The notes under the pieces were generated by a model. That model saw nothing but the letters and a program-made list of their open reading frames with translations, did no database searches and was not told the DNA's origin. The translations under genes were made by a program, and so were the position numbers. DNA of 64,000 nt from assembly GCA_030141605.1 (NCBI GenBank), contig JAQGDQ010000059.1, positions 248,001-312,000 of the forward strand, given 5' to 3'. The stretch is from Tubiluchus corallicola (taxonomy: Eukaryota; Animalia; Priapulida). Positions 24,599 to 39,545 of this stretch are shown one piece after another. Position 1 is the first letter of the stretch; each line of letters opens with the position of its first letter.

Positions 24599-27500
24599 AC
24601 GATTTATAGCTGTCATGTGCTGCCTCCTGAAGATCTCCTAATCCACCCCCATATCAGCAGTTAAATCTAAAACTGTGGAATTGTTCTCAACAAGCGTCTT
24701 GTAAAAAAATTAAATTTTAGAGTTTGTACATTTGAAAACAAAAATAAAGCAAAATCCTGTTTTTAAAATATTACATTTGCAATTACGAAACTTCATTGAT
24801 ATGATAAGTGATATTATACGTACAGCCTGTTAAACATGCTAGCTTTTTGTCTTAAAAACCTAGGTTTGCTATCCAAATTCGGCATTTTATTGAATAAAGT
24901 TGTTTATGGTGGCGTTTCATTATTTCCCTGCGCATAGTAAATTTTGTTTTATTGATAGCACGGTAGACTTTTTTAACTCTCAGTTAAGGCACAGTTTATA
25001 TAATAGTATTGCATACGTAATATTGCATATGTAATACTATTGTTTAAACTGCGGTTAAGGTGACACACAAACAAGATTGGTACTCGAACTGCAATCGTAC
25101 GTGTATCAAGTGCCATAAACATTCAACTTCAGTTGAATCAACTTTTTTGCACAGCTAACTAAACTGTAATCACATCCTCAAATTATGTTGACAAACAAAT
25201 AACACGCCCTTTAAATAAATAGTTGAAATATATTTCTATTATATGGCTGACACATATCAGCTTCAGTTTGGTAAACTTTGTGCTTCCACCTTCTACGCTA
25301 AAATCCTTGCTTTTTGCAATAGATAGATTGTAAAATTAATTAGAACAAGCTTGTCACTTGTTGTGAATCAAATGCTATGTCATGCGTAAACTAGCCACGG
25401 AGGACACAATAAATAAATCATTTTATGACAACAATAAAAATTAACTGTCTACACATTAAACTTGAACTACGGACTGCGGCACAGTTTATCACATCATAAC
25501 AAAAATTAACTTCATCAACCTGCAATATTTTGTACACGTTTAGCAACAATAGCTTTAAACTTGCTCAGAGCTGCCAGCAATTTACTGGAGCATAAACCAA
25601 ACAATTACTTGGTCAGTGTCCATGTTCTGCTGGTCACTTGACCTGTTAACTAGGTTTAACTGCTTGGGTGAAATAATTCGAGTAGACAAGTCATACAGCT
25701 AACGATGGATGACCTGCCTAATGTTAAAATTAGGCTTTTTCATGAGCAACTGCCACGAATAGCATAATGTCACGCCATACATTATACGCCTAGAATAGCA
25801 TTATATCCTGGTTATTTCAAGCATGCAACTAACAGGACGAGCGAAAGTGTAAATCGATGAATGATATTCGACATAAAAATCAATAATTAAGCCAGCGTTG
25901 CGTGTTGTATAAATGGATGTGACAGTGATGAAGATAAAGGTATGTCTAGCAAAGTATACTTGGCAACGAATATCGCACCACTAAGATCATCAAAGATCAA
26001 TGCTCAAGTCAGTTTTCCATTTCTTGCAAAACTCCATTCACAGAATCGATCCGCCTCTAGTAGAGCTTTATTTACAGAATACCATTAAAACAGGCGCTTT
26101 TAAATTTAATGTCACAATTCCTGCTTGTTGGCACGTGGCAAAAGTGATGAAGAATCTAGAATTCAAAACATGGAAATACATTAGACTAATTGCATTAACA
26201 TGTGATCAACTGTCACTCTTTGCAATCTGCCAAGCTATTCCTTTTAATGATAGTACGTTTTCCTTATTGGCCAATTTGTGACCAAACTAACTTCCATTAA
26301 TAACGATGACTGAATCATATCTAATTCAGTTACATTTTTAACAACCATGAGTTGTTATGTTGTACGTTTTTGCTTTTTTCAAAGTAGGGTTCAAATACAA
26401 CGAGAATTTCAAATGCAAGCAGTTGCCGATTTACGGCCAGATTTTGTTCCGATCGACTGACAGAATTTTTATGCTTCTGTCTTTACGAATCGGTCACTAA
26501 ACTCCAATTTTTGTAGCTCCCATTGCGTCACCTTGTTTTTATTTTCCGAGACTTTTTCACAATTAGGTATCCTAATCAGTTATTCGCTGCTCGAAGCAAA
26601 GGGATATTCTGTAGACACACATAAGTGAAATCTCTTGACGTGGCGTTTAGCTGGGGCTACAAAGACTGGCTAGAGTTTCACAAAACGATTTTAGTTTACT
26701 AACGAACGGTCAAAGCTGCAATGGTTTTCAGCTTCATAACAGATAATAGATCATTTACACGAAAATTATACATACGCACGCATTCACGCACTCACTGTTA
26801 CGTACACGCATGCATGCATCTACGCATGTACTTAACTCCATCTCACTAGGTATAAAACGCAGACAAAGCTTTTCTGTGAAAAAATAATCCAATTTTGGTG
26901 ATTAAAAATTTCCGTTACATAAAAGGTTTTTCCAGCTGACATTAATAACAATGCTGACAGCAAATTGTTGAAGGTCATTTGCCTGCCGGCGATTGAGTTT
27001 CAACCACATAACCTTGTTAGTAATATAGTGCAATGCTGTTCAAATCGAAGAGGTGAAAGTTCAGCATTCATTATTTATATGCTCCGCAAACGTATTACTG
27101 TCATTGAAATCATTATTGACTTTATTACGCACCGTCCATACGTAATAGTTCTACTGCTCACATTATTGATTTTTAGCTAGTTTATTTATTTACGCGTTTT
27201 TCAACTTTCATTTCATTTACTGTAATCATATTGCTTATTACTGTAGTATACACTAAATAGAAGTGCAAACTCACGCCCTCACAGGAGTCACTTTTTGGCA
27301 TTGTGTACCTTGCGAACCAAAAAGTAATGGGTCTCCAGGCTTTGTACAGACCTATCCCGTGTCAAGTTTAGTGATTACAGCTTCATCAGTCTTGATTTTA
27401 TCGAGCAGGTAAACGCAATGACAAGCACCCATACAACACGGTTAAAATCTTAACAGCAGCAACACCTGAAAAGACGCTGTTGTGCCATTTCAGCGGTTTT

Positions 27501-28620
27501 AACTTTGGACATGACGATTAGGTATTAGCAAGCACCCAAAAACATTATTTTGCAATTTTAGCTGAGGATGTAATGATCAGAATCTTAGCCAGAGCACATC
27601 GTCAGATAGACTTCATTTTACGTATAGCAGATTTTAAAACCATTTTACCTATAGCGGTTATTAATTTTGTGCAACCTTACGTGTAAATCTTATCTCACAT
27701 AAACAGTTGTATGCTGGGCTCTGCTCAGGTTGGCCAGCTGCAGTCACGTTGCGTCATCTAGCGAGCGGTTTTGTACATGACTTGAATTTATAATTATAAG
27801 TAATTCAACAGAATGCTGTACAATTATGGCATTTGGTATAGGCAGAGTTGTCTATCAATTATCCTAAGAAAAATGCCCTATGAAATACATTATGTATGTA
27901 TTTTTATTCTTATATATAAATATATATATATATATATATTTATAAATATATATGCATATAATTACGTAATAAAGGAAAGTGAAACATTATCTGTAACAGG
28001 TTTGCAGGTTTGAATAGTATTTTACAAAAAAATGTTTATTTGTAATAACAATTAGATGCAACAACAAAACAAAGAAACAAAGAAACCTACAGCTGTTTTT
28101 TCAAATGTAATCATAATTATTGATTATTTAAATTAATTTATAGGCTACTTGTTCTCATAATATCGATTACAACTTGCTCTGTTATGTTCCACGGGTTGCT
28201 TTTTCAATCATTGTCTCTCGGCTTACAAAACCGTTTAAACAGCTCGATTAATTGCGAGTCACATCCCGTAAAAAGTCTAATTTGTCCAACGAATCCTGAC
28301 AGGTGAATTCCACAAGATAATCACCAAAAGCAAATCTGCTTAGAAAACGGAAGTTTTAAGCCGAGATTAATACCCATTCTAATAGTATTTTACGCCTAGT
28401 GGATACGTGATGAAAATTCTGAGGACCGAATGACTGACCAGAAAATTGCATCAGGATGCACTAGGTAGTAAGCCCTCTACACTGTCATAGTAGCAATGTC
28501 ACTTCCTAGATCTTAGTGTCTGTGTTAATGTCTTTTACAATAACTGGTAAAAGTTTGACTACTCAATGCCTCCAAATATCTAGACATAACGAGCAACAAC
28601 TGTAGTAATATTGTTTCAAG

Positions 28621-28722
28621 TCATCATCATCATCATCATCGTCATCATCGTCATCATTATGATAATCATCATTGTTATCAACATCATTTTCATCGTCATC
28701 GTCGTCGTCATCATCATCATCA
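28621..28722. repeat. (CAT)n/(CGT)n microsatellite
   Basis: Seen directly. Confidence 0.9.
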
Positions 28723-28942
28723 CGATCAATCAATTAATCGTTTCGTAACCATAATAACTTCATTTCCTTTTAAGACAAATACTAGGTTACTTCTGACTTA
28801 TATCTCGTCAATTTTATCTTTTTTACTTCACGAATGTACAAAGCCAACTTATAACATTGTTAACTATGTGAAAGCCGTTTATCAGTAACTATACAGTACA
28901 CTATAATTACGTTTGTTTAGATGCAATTAATCAAACACTATT

Positions 28943-29272
28943 TATTCACTATGACGTTTCGGAAGCATCTTAAAAGCCCCAACGGGACGAAAAAATGGAA
29001 GAGAAAGCTTTTAAAATATTTTCGCTTGGTGTTACCGCTCTAATGGTGGGGTTGGTGTTTCCAGTGCTGTTCTAATGTTGGTGTTTGTAGATTAGTTTTC
29101 TTTCTCTCAAGATAAAGACTAAGTTTTTAACGTTTTTTTTATCATTTGTCGTTGTTTTCTGTATTAATTATACTTCATGAGTACGAATAAATGGTATAAA
29201 AAATTTCATCAAGGTAAAGTGGATGGTACGTTTTAAAGCCACGAGGATTCTTCCGAAACGTAATGGTAAATA
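28943..29272. mobile_element. ~330-bp element bounded by 27-bp inverted repeats (MITE-like or Penelope-terminus-like)
   Basis: tattcactatgacgtttcggaagcatc (28943-28969) matches the reverse complement of 29246-29272 at 23/27 positions. Confidence 0.55.
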
Positions 29273-32200
29273 CATGGTTTTGGACTGTTCTGCTGTTAAT
29301 CATGTTTTCATGGGAGATTTTGTGTTTTGAATCTTGCATTTTACATGTTCTACCTGTGGTTGAGCTTCGTGGGTTTCTATGTAAAAATTAACCGGATCTA
29401 TCCAACTCGAGGACTAGCTTTGTACGACACGCTAATTCTTGCATGTTAAAATGTGCAAGTCTAGATCGATCTTTTATGGTCACAGAGATAAAAATTCAAT
29501 TCTTAGGGCAATTCCCTGTAGGTTAAATTTAAATGTGACTTTCATGTTTCACCACTCCAATTTCCATGTGATTGTAGAATGGGCCAAGGCATACATGTCT
29601 GTTCACATCGGAGGTGGAAACGGAGGGGAAAATGTTTACACGCAACTACCTGCATTACATTTACAGCGTACTTCCATCTGACCCCACCATGACCCGCACC
29701 AAAAAGAAAAACACTTTTGTTAGTGCACTATCATACATGTACCGATCACAATAAAAAAAGCAAATTGCTACTTGTAAAATTATTTTATTAAATTAGAGGG
29801 TGCAGAGGGTGTGGAACTTTCATTAAGAAAAGTGCTCTAGCCTTGTTCAAATGTGCACACAATCCTTCCTCAAAAAAGATTAATGGAGAAGTATGCCAGA
29901 TGAACCGCATTGAGGTGGATTCTTGACACCCAACAGTGTAATGATCAAACTCGGTGTTGCTTAAATTTAATCGTTAATCACTCAGCTATTCCTTCTTCCC
30001 GAGGCTACAAATATATTTAAATTTAAAATATTTAAACTATAATCTTCCTAGAACTTTGTTATGCAATTGTGAAGTGAATTTAAGATCAATACAGAATACC
30101 ATTTATTGTATAAAATTTTATAGTGGACGAATTACAAGCACTAATATTCTAAATGATTTTTATTTTGTTTATTAATTAATGAAAGCCAAGCAATTTATAC
30201 GCCTCGTTAGCATCACGTCACACATGGCAGATAAATTGCTTATGTAAATTAATTGCGGCCATTTGTTTTGTAATTATAACGCAAACCCTTGCCCGTTAAT
30301 TTATTATCGTGTTGGGCGAAACTAATTTAGTTACCGTCTCTTTTAATGTTTTACATAAATTTTTATTATAATTTTTCTAACTTAACAATCATAGAGTCAG
30401 ACGCAAAACTTAGCCCAAACTCCAGAACTGTACTGTAGCGCATCTAGGACACTTATATGGAGCTACTAGAGATCTATGATTCACAGATTGAGAGGCTGAA
30501 GTCCTTCACTTTACTCCAGCCCTGGACCTAGCACTTAAAGGAAAGCTGCTGCTATGTTCAATTAGACAACGAAGGAGACCGTCTTGTAATTTTAAGGTTC
30601 TGCATTGTTGTGTTTCTTATTTAACCTAGAGTTGAATAAAAACCCTGAGTTGAACCCTCGCTCAGCTGCTGACAAGTCTAAGCACTCTCTACCAGTCTAC
30701 CCTGGGTCGCTGCGCTACGCTCCCGCAAGGTCGCAAAATCTCGAACCTGCAGCTAAACTGAAGATGCTTTACCTGCTAACCTTTCTCCTTCCTAGCCAGT
30801 GAATGATGAAACTAACTCAATTTCAACTCAGCCTTTGTTCAATTAGCCGTTATACGTGATTTTCTAATTAAAAAGGAAGTTTCTTTATGGAAAATTTCAA
30901 AAGAGGAGGATTCATTGACAACGAGATGCCTTTGTCGACACTGGGGATTGATATTTAGTGGTTTGATGCTGCGCGTACACTATTACAGCAGACCTTATCA
31001 AACGCTTTATGCGTCTTATTTTCTATTTCAGACATTTTTGTTATGACACATAGAATAAATAGCTCCTTAAAACATAGCTTCTTAAGCTACATGGTGAAAA
31101 TAATAAATGCGATAAGTATTATGAAAAAACAAGGAATGCGAAGGTTAAATATATGTATTAGTTTTATTGAGACGAGAACAATTATTATTATTATTCACGG
31201 TAATTATTGCTATTTGCATGTGCGTTAAATGAATTCATATATAAGAGCGGTCCTCCGGTCCTACGTCCTCAGCGACAGCCAGAAATGATAGCTGCATTAA
31301 CAATAGGCAATCAGCACTTGTAACTATTATTTCGTCTGAGAACAGCTGAGTGGAGAAGCAACATTAGCAGAAACTCTCGGCATCTTAGCGTTATATAATT
31401 GATTGCCACATTTTTCTGACTGTCTCTACAGAATTACTTTATTGCGCTTCAGATACGGGGTTAAAATTTTCCCAGCATCTCTCGAGTACCTGTATCAGGT
31501 TTAATGTAAGAAAGCAACTTGATGATGAAAACTGACTGTACGATTTGCTCTGTGTCAATATTGACTTTGCCAAAAGAACAAACAAATCTGAGCACAAATC
31601 AGTAGTGTGTAAAATGACCAAAGTTTCAATAGGCAGAAATTACCGATTTTTGTCGGCCTTTTTCTCTCAACCTGACAGTGACACGACGATACAAAGTTGG
31701 TACTCATAAACCAACCTTAATAATTTATAGCATGGGTAACTTTGCCACACCGAATACTTGATTCTAGAAATTCTGTTAAAGCACAATGTAGATATGCTCA
31801 CATTGGGAATAATACAGCAATATGGACACATTGAAAATTTGCAGCAGCTTCGAAAGTTTTAAATTCCAGAAAATTTTGGAGTGACTCCCAAAACCTGTGC
31901 CTAGGCATGCCGACGAAAACTTCAATATCTAAAGCTCAAAAACCCGCAGTATGAAATACTACAAACAAGTGTGTCCTTTCCATTTTCTGGTGCTTTATCT
32001 ATCAATAAAAAACGTACGCCTAAGCTACATCAACACATACTTCAACCGCGTGGGAGCGAAACTTTGTTTCTGCTCATATAAAGAAATAATTGCTCACAAT
32101 CATAATTTCGTTCCTCCTTTTTCTGATAGAACCAAGATCTTTTCCATTTTAGACACCTACCTAATCCTGCAATTAAATCAGGTGAAGGCATCACATTTTT

Positions 32201-32983
32201 ACGCTAAAAAACGCATTGTCAACAAGAAGCCTAACAATAGATCCTTTGTCTTCATTAGCAATTAATAAAACTTTAATATAAAACGATGAAATCAATATGT
32301 ACAGCGGGTCCCGTTGTAATAACATCCTCCGTTATCCTGTTGGCGGTAACATCAAAAGGACAAAATTGGATACTTTTGTTTACGGGAATGATCAAAGCTA
32401 GGTAAAGTGAATCATGGCTTCTATCTCATCGAATTAACTTTGCATGTTCATATCGCCAGTAAATTAAATGACGAGGGATTGATACAGCTGCGGTTCTAAT
32501 CAGATTCACAAATTAAATATCAGATGCGTGTGGCTGCATCAGTGTTAACACGTATGCATAACTAAAAATGAAAACTAGAGTTAGGATGTTGCCTTTAACC
32601 TGGCATCCACTTATTTATGATCTGATAATGTAGGCGCACAGTCCTACCAATAATTAAGCCTATTACCTGCAAGAAAGTACACTGCTCTGCCAACAGGCTT
32701 GTTATTCAGAAAATATGAATGCCTATGACTGGTAGTTGTGATGGTGTGAATATTATTTGGAAAATATCAGGATTAATCTCTATAAATTTCAGTAAAAGAA
32801 AAATAAAGCATAGTTCGCACCTGTCGAGTATCCCTTCAATAATTTTTGGCCTAAGCAAATGAGTTCGATATGTGATAACTTCTAAACGTGTAATGATTTC
32901 ATAATGCTTCTAGTAATTAATCTTTGTAATTATTTTAAAGAACCAACAACAACAAAAAAAAAGAAAAACGATATCTTACTTGC

Positions 32984-33270
32984 TAATAATAATAATAATA
33001 ATAATAATGTGTATTATACGGGACTAGTGATACTGCTCAATTACACAATAATGAATTAGAGACCGGTCTAATACTCAACTTGAATAAGCTCGGTGGCCGC
33101 CTCTACCATGGACCATCACCACGTCTTAATCCATCCATCAAACTGCCTGGCGTACGATGCGTCCTATGCCAACCAAAGTGGGACTTTCCGGTTCCCTACC
33201 AGGTCCACACCAATCTAAACCAGCCAACTCGCTGAAACGACCACCACGTCGCCTCAACCACCTGAATGAC
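32984..33270 (-). mobile_element. Possible non-LTR retroelement 3' end with (ATT)n tail
   Basis: GC-richer block ending, on the minus strand, in an (ATT)8 run; the RTE-like assignment is inference only. Confidence 0.35.
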
Positions 33271-36200
33271 GAGTAGGTTGCCTGGATCTTTTTGCCTGTA
33301 TGACTAGTAGGTCACTTAGCTTTCTCTAGGCAATCACTTGAACAAGTCGAAGTGCACCAAATATTTACAGCTTTGCAAGAGTCTATGTACATCACTCGGT
33401 AAACCATATCAGTAATAGGTTAACAACATCAAATCAGTCAGGTTATTAGCAAGTTGCAGCAATCACCACATAATTCTAAGACGTATATACTTGAAAGTAT
33501 GTAAAAGTAAACAACTACAGTTATTGATAAGATGACGGGAGACGTCCGTCCATCTTGCCAGACCAAACCCAGAAAGATTAGTCAAATTTCCTGGAGTACG
33601 TGAATGTAGCTAAGCAATTCTGAACTTTTGCAAATCGACCAATCAAAAGCTAGAATTAAGCATAGTGTCTTGGGTCATATTCAGGCAAAAACTAAGCTCT
33701 ACAATACAGGTTATTTAACAGGAATTTTACATGCAGCAATAGGATAGGGCCAGACAAATATGACACTATATTAGCTAAAACACAAACGAGCGCTTCTGTT
33801 ACATTTTACCCGTTAAATTACTTGCATGTTGTATAATTAAACTCAAGATAATTAATTAAGGTCAACACCTAATTACCAGCTAACCGGAGCAAAAATGTGA
33901 TTGGGTATTGTTATAGCGAAGCAACATTGCAATAAAGAGTAACTGGAAAGCAATAAAGTTTTGCAATCTACAAGTAAGATTTGTACATCACAGTAATGTA
34001 GTATAAAGCTACTGTCAATAAACATCCGTTATAGTCTTTATTGGCAAGTTGTATTTACCTATACGTATATATGGTTTTAAAATCCCCGTCTAGAAGTCCT
34101 TCATATATGCATAAATTATATCTGAAACTATTAGTCAAACTCAGTGGTTTCAGTGTTATTCACTGGACTGGACAGGCTTTCGAAGTCTGGACGAAGAATG
34201 TAAAACTTGAGTTTATTAAACTCGTAATTAGTCCATGGGAACTAAGATTTTGTTGGTGTTATTTGCTCTGTTCGCAGGTACACCAGGTGTCCAAATTCGT
34301 AAGCCTTGTAGGCTAGAAACCAAGATCTTTGTAGAATAATTTAAGCTGAAATCAACAGTAGGTTAAAAAGCATAAAGAAATTTGAATTGAGTTTTGCATT
34401 TACTGCGACCTGGGGGTTGCTGGGGGGGGGGGGTGCCCTGCTTTCTAAGAAGTTTTTAAACTAATTAGACTAATCACGGTAGGTGTATACGTACCCTATT
34501 TCACTTGTTTAAAATATTTAGACTTTTAATGATTTGGAGGCTTATGTGAGCCCAGGAGTCTGCAGGCGCTTTTACACATGTGACTAGTGAGTATTTTCCA
34601 AGTAACCCGCTAGTGGAATTATATGGAAAGAAATGCAGGTGTTGTTTCCAGTGAGCATCACAATAGTTCTAGAGCGCCACCAGTGGAAAAACTGGCTTCA
34701 TTCTACATCTCAGAGGTAATAACAGGATATTCCGGGATTGATTCCATCCTGGATTTGTTTCCTGTTCCGCCATATTTAATACTTTGTATCAATAGTGGTT
34801 GTTGAGAGTAGCTATTAGGAGGCAGTGAGGTAATCTTTGACAATGAACTGTGCCTAATCTTCCGTCCCTTCTCGTTATCACAGCAGCTAGCTGCAGCTTA
34901 TTTCTATCCATCCAAGAAACCTGATCAGAATAATAATAATAGCTTAAGTGCTGCCATAACTTGCTAAAAATAGGTTAAATACGACGGAATAACAAAGAAA
35001 ATTAAATGTACGCCATAAACGGCCAATAAATGAATGTTTCTCCTGTATTGATTACATGTACATGTAATTATAAGTTACTGAAGGTAAGTGGTTGATGACA
35101 CTAGTGCTGGAAATATTGTTGTGGGAAGCACATGCTGCTGTCTACCGGCAAGGAAAATGAATAGCTGGAGACCCTTTACTTAAGGCAGCTACGACACTTG
35201 ATTAACTGCTCTGAAAGCCAAACAAGCTGTTGTACAGCCTGCGAGATTTGGCGTAATTATCACGTAATATTGAAGCCATAAAGGCTCGACAAACTGCCGT
35301 GAGACCTCGACCAACTGTCCCTGTAAACTTTCACGAGTTTCATCGCGAAGGGATGATCCAATCTTGAGGGCAGGAATCAGTTCTTAGAAAACAAATGGTT
35401 GCTTGTATCGGAGTCATTGATTACATGATTTATGGGACAATATTTACCTAAAACTAATTTTTCCAGGATTCGGAGGTAGATGAATTATCGTAATAATTAC
35501 TGTGCAAATTTAACTGTAAATGCTGCTGGTTTACAGCGCTTTTCAGCTTTTAAGCAGCTCTTCTATTACCTATTGCCTCCTCAGCAGAAAAATGACTGTG
35601 ACGGCTGCGACAAGTCAGGAATCTCATATTGATTTATTGGCACGCTGATCAAGGAACAGTGATGAAAATTTTATAGGAAGACCGTGAACATGTAACTCGC
35701 ATGACCGGAAAATTATGACTGTGTTGTAAAAACTAATGCACGCGCCGTGGGTTTCATCAATAAACGCCCAAGCAAGCAAACATCAGCAAGCAGGCTTCCG
35801 AACTCTCCACTGATTTCAACCTATTATTGAAGGATGCTAGGTGTATTATACAACCGCTCCGGTTATTACTGCCATCAATAGAGAGAACACTACATTCACT
35901 ACCAGTGATTGAACTTGTACATGGGAATTAATAAGTTGTACATTTGAAACTCGTAGAAACTGTTTACAATACACGTACAAGTATTATTTGACAAAATTAA
36001 CTTAGCCTGCTTGACTTGTCGGTGCATTATGGTAGCTAATGCGTTTTATTATACAGTACATGGTCCATTATTCCAGTTCACCCCAACTAGATTTAACTGC
36101 TGATTTTGTTAGCAAAATTTAGCGAGAATTTCTTTTGCGTTTCGCTTCATAAGACCCATTTAGATACATCTTGTTATTTACATGTACAACACATTTATAT

Positions 36201-36859
36201 ACCTACTACATGACAATAGCATTTATGTAGTGCACAGCTATATTTTAATCAAATAGGCTTAATTTTAATTTCAAGCCATAAACTGATAATACAAAAATTC
36301 TGCAAAAATAATTATTAGCCCTGCATACAGGGCAGTTAATGGAGAAAATTCGGATTCCAAAATGTCTCATTTTTATTTTACGGAAATCCCTATAGGATTG
36401 TCAAGAATATTATTGAATGCATTTAAAACATGGAAACTAAAGCAACGACGAAATTGTAGGTCCCATGATTCTTACATTTGACACACGGGGAGCGTCATGT
36501 TTGGCACAAAATCTTTTTTACAAATTTAATTAGAAAATTCTCATTGGCCATAATGGCATGAAAAAATATTACTTTCCCGGGCGTGCTTATATTAGTCAAA
36601 CAAGGTCAAACACTTTTCAAGTCCAAATTTCGTTCAGGAAAGTTTACACACTTCACAAAAACATACTGCAGCAAATGGTATTTGACACTAGAATCATTGC
36701 AGGCCATCGCCCAAGTTCCCGCCCATCACCTAGCATCTATATCCGACATTTTCCGGAACAAAATCTGCCTCTACATAAAACTTTAGTTGCGATTGTTCGA
36801 ATTCTAGATGCTTCCTCCCTAATATTTTTTCGGTAAAATATTTTTATCAATGTAGTGTT

Positions 36860-37330
36860 GCCAGTAGATGATCAGTCACTCCAATTCCTCGCAACGGGCT
36901 CGATTTATTTTCTGCCACTTTGGGGCATTATTTGGAATTCCGACCTTAACCGACTCCAGGATCATTGCATGGCACCACCCAGTTTTCTCAAATTACGTAG
37001 CACCTATACCTCATACTTCGCGGGCAACACCTGCTTCTTTAACACCCTTCATCCCCGAGGAAATAATTTTTTGTTTACTTTGGGTCGTCAGCAGCTAACA
37101 GGGCCACTCTAATTCTTCGCAGTGAGCTGATTCGGATCTTCCTACTTTGCCCACCAATTCTTTATGGCTATGCAGCTATTGCCTATTGAGGTTACTGTCT
37201 GTTTGCCGCTGTTCCGGATATGTCTACTGGATGATCATTGACTTGACCAACATCTTCTCCCAAGGTTACCTCATATCAGCCTCATTCTGCCTTACATTGA
37301 TCTACAAGTGATGCATGTATAACTGGTTCA
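36860..37330 (+). mobile_element. Highly degenerate RTE-like LINE RT fragment
   Basis: Peptide traces FGIP..II..H and LPPILYG (cf. LPILLYGCETW) across broken frames. Confidence 0.35.
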
Positions 37331-39401
37331 AACTCAAGTTGAGGGCAGACAACAAACGCATAAAGGTGTAGTCCCCAGACGGACTAAACAAGGGAACCTA
37401 AAATATGGTAACCATATCTAATAATTTCGGTGTTTAGTTAGGCTAGAAGTACAATTCTTTTCACGCATTTTTGCACGATGTTAATTAAATATTAGGCTGA
37501 ATTTGGGAATAACTCAAACAACTATTTTGACGGCTCCAACAGTAACATCTAGGTACCTCAGAGATAAGAATTTACCTCATTCGACAATGGCTTCGTAACA
37601 AGCAAATGTTATTAGCGATTTCTTCTTGCATGTAACAGTGTTTTCCACTATAGCAGCGCATTATAAGATAAATTGCCTAGATAAATTAACGCAAGAAATC
37701 GAACAATTATTTAATCGTTGGGTTCGAACCCAAATCATCTGAATTCAGGGCGACTATGATAATTCTTTTCAGCGGATAGAAACCTCAGTTTCCGAGACTC
37801 AAACATTTTTAGCAGAAGGCCAGTTACAACAGTTTACATAGAGCTATAATAGGCTCTACCACTGTAAGTTTATTAAACGACAAGCAATGCGCTGATAGAA
37901 TTACGAACAATGTGTGGCAAGATATACAAAACGAAACAATGGTTTACATGCATAAGAGCACGAAAAGTTTTTGTATGACACAATGACTGTATCTGAGTGA
38001 AATAAATTAGAAAGACTGAAAAGGCTTGGGAAATGGCAAACGGCCATTTCTTTCAAGTGCTTAATCAAATCTGTAAAGAATCCTTATACTGAGACGACGA
38101 GCACCTACACTTGAGTTGAAGCACTGAGCATCAGCTGATGTATTATTGGCTATTCAACAAGCGTTAGAGTGAATAATAACAGTCAAAGCTGCTCGGGTGT
38201 ATGCTGCATGCATGAGTGTCACATTATATGTATGGATCGTGGCAAGCGATGACACTTGGGAATGTCATTGAGGGATTTGTGAAGATGGATGAGTGACTCG
38301 CCTTTCATCAATTCCGCCGAAGTGTCATGAAGGAAGTTTCATTGGAATCCTTCTGCGGCTAATAGCTGGGAATAGGTCCATATAGATCAAAACGCAGTGC
38401 AATAAATAAATAAATTAGTTACTAAATAAAAATGTATTTTCATAAGAATCTCATACGTTTAGAAAGTTTCTAAAAACGTTCTTTTTCATCTAAGAATGTT
38501 GCTGTTAAGATGTGTTTAATTTACGTATTGCTGTGTGTAAAAAAGCAATAAACATAATGACAAGTTGCCAGAGCCCTGCAATTAGAGTTCGTATGTTCTG
38601 GCACTTGTACTACAAGCTGTAAGAGTAGCAATGACACTGATTCGCGCCATTTTATAACACAAACCCAAAACGTATCTATCGCAACAGAGAAAATGTTAAG
38701 GCAGGAACGGGATGCCACAGTAGATAAATGTCAGCCGTAGTTGAAGCAGAAACACAAAAAGGCAGTTGAAAGTTGAAAACAGGTGCAAAAAACATCAATA
38801 CACCTGAGTAGAACTTACTATTGTCGTCGTGAACAACAACAGCAACAGTAACAACAACAACAAAAATAACCGTGATAGTGATGACGACAACGCAATTGCA
38901 GTACGACAATCGTCAGTTAGCCGTGTTCATGCCTTTTTGCAACAGCAGTAAAAAACAGTGACTGAATTGAACAAACAGGGGAAGCCAAGATTGCAGTTAC
39001 ACGTTTGAAAATAATTAAATTCGCAGCACGTATAGCAAGACACTGCCGGAAATTGTCAGCCGATTTTGAAATGGAACAAAATTGCAACATTCGCACGGTT
39101 TTAATTAAGTCCAAGTTACCTCATCACACAAAGGTGCTGAAGCCGGGGCCTGAATACGTGCTAGCTGAGTTTAGCTCGGAAAATTGTGAGGAAAAAATTC
39201 AGGATTTTCTGATTTGTGATGAATAAAATCGCAAAACAAATTAATAAACAAATATGACAGTTAGAACTAATAGCGAAAATCGATATCGTACACAATTAAT
39301 TAATTATACTGGAAAATAGGTTGTCAGACGACAGTTTATAATAGACTATTTTCCAATATACACTATAATGAATTTATGCGAATTATAAAATGAGACAGAG
39401 G

Positions 39402-39545
<144 letters not shown>

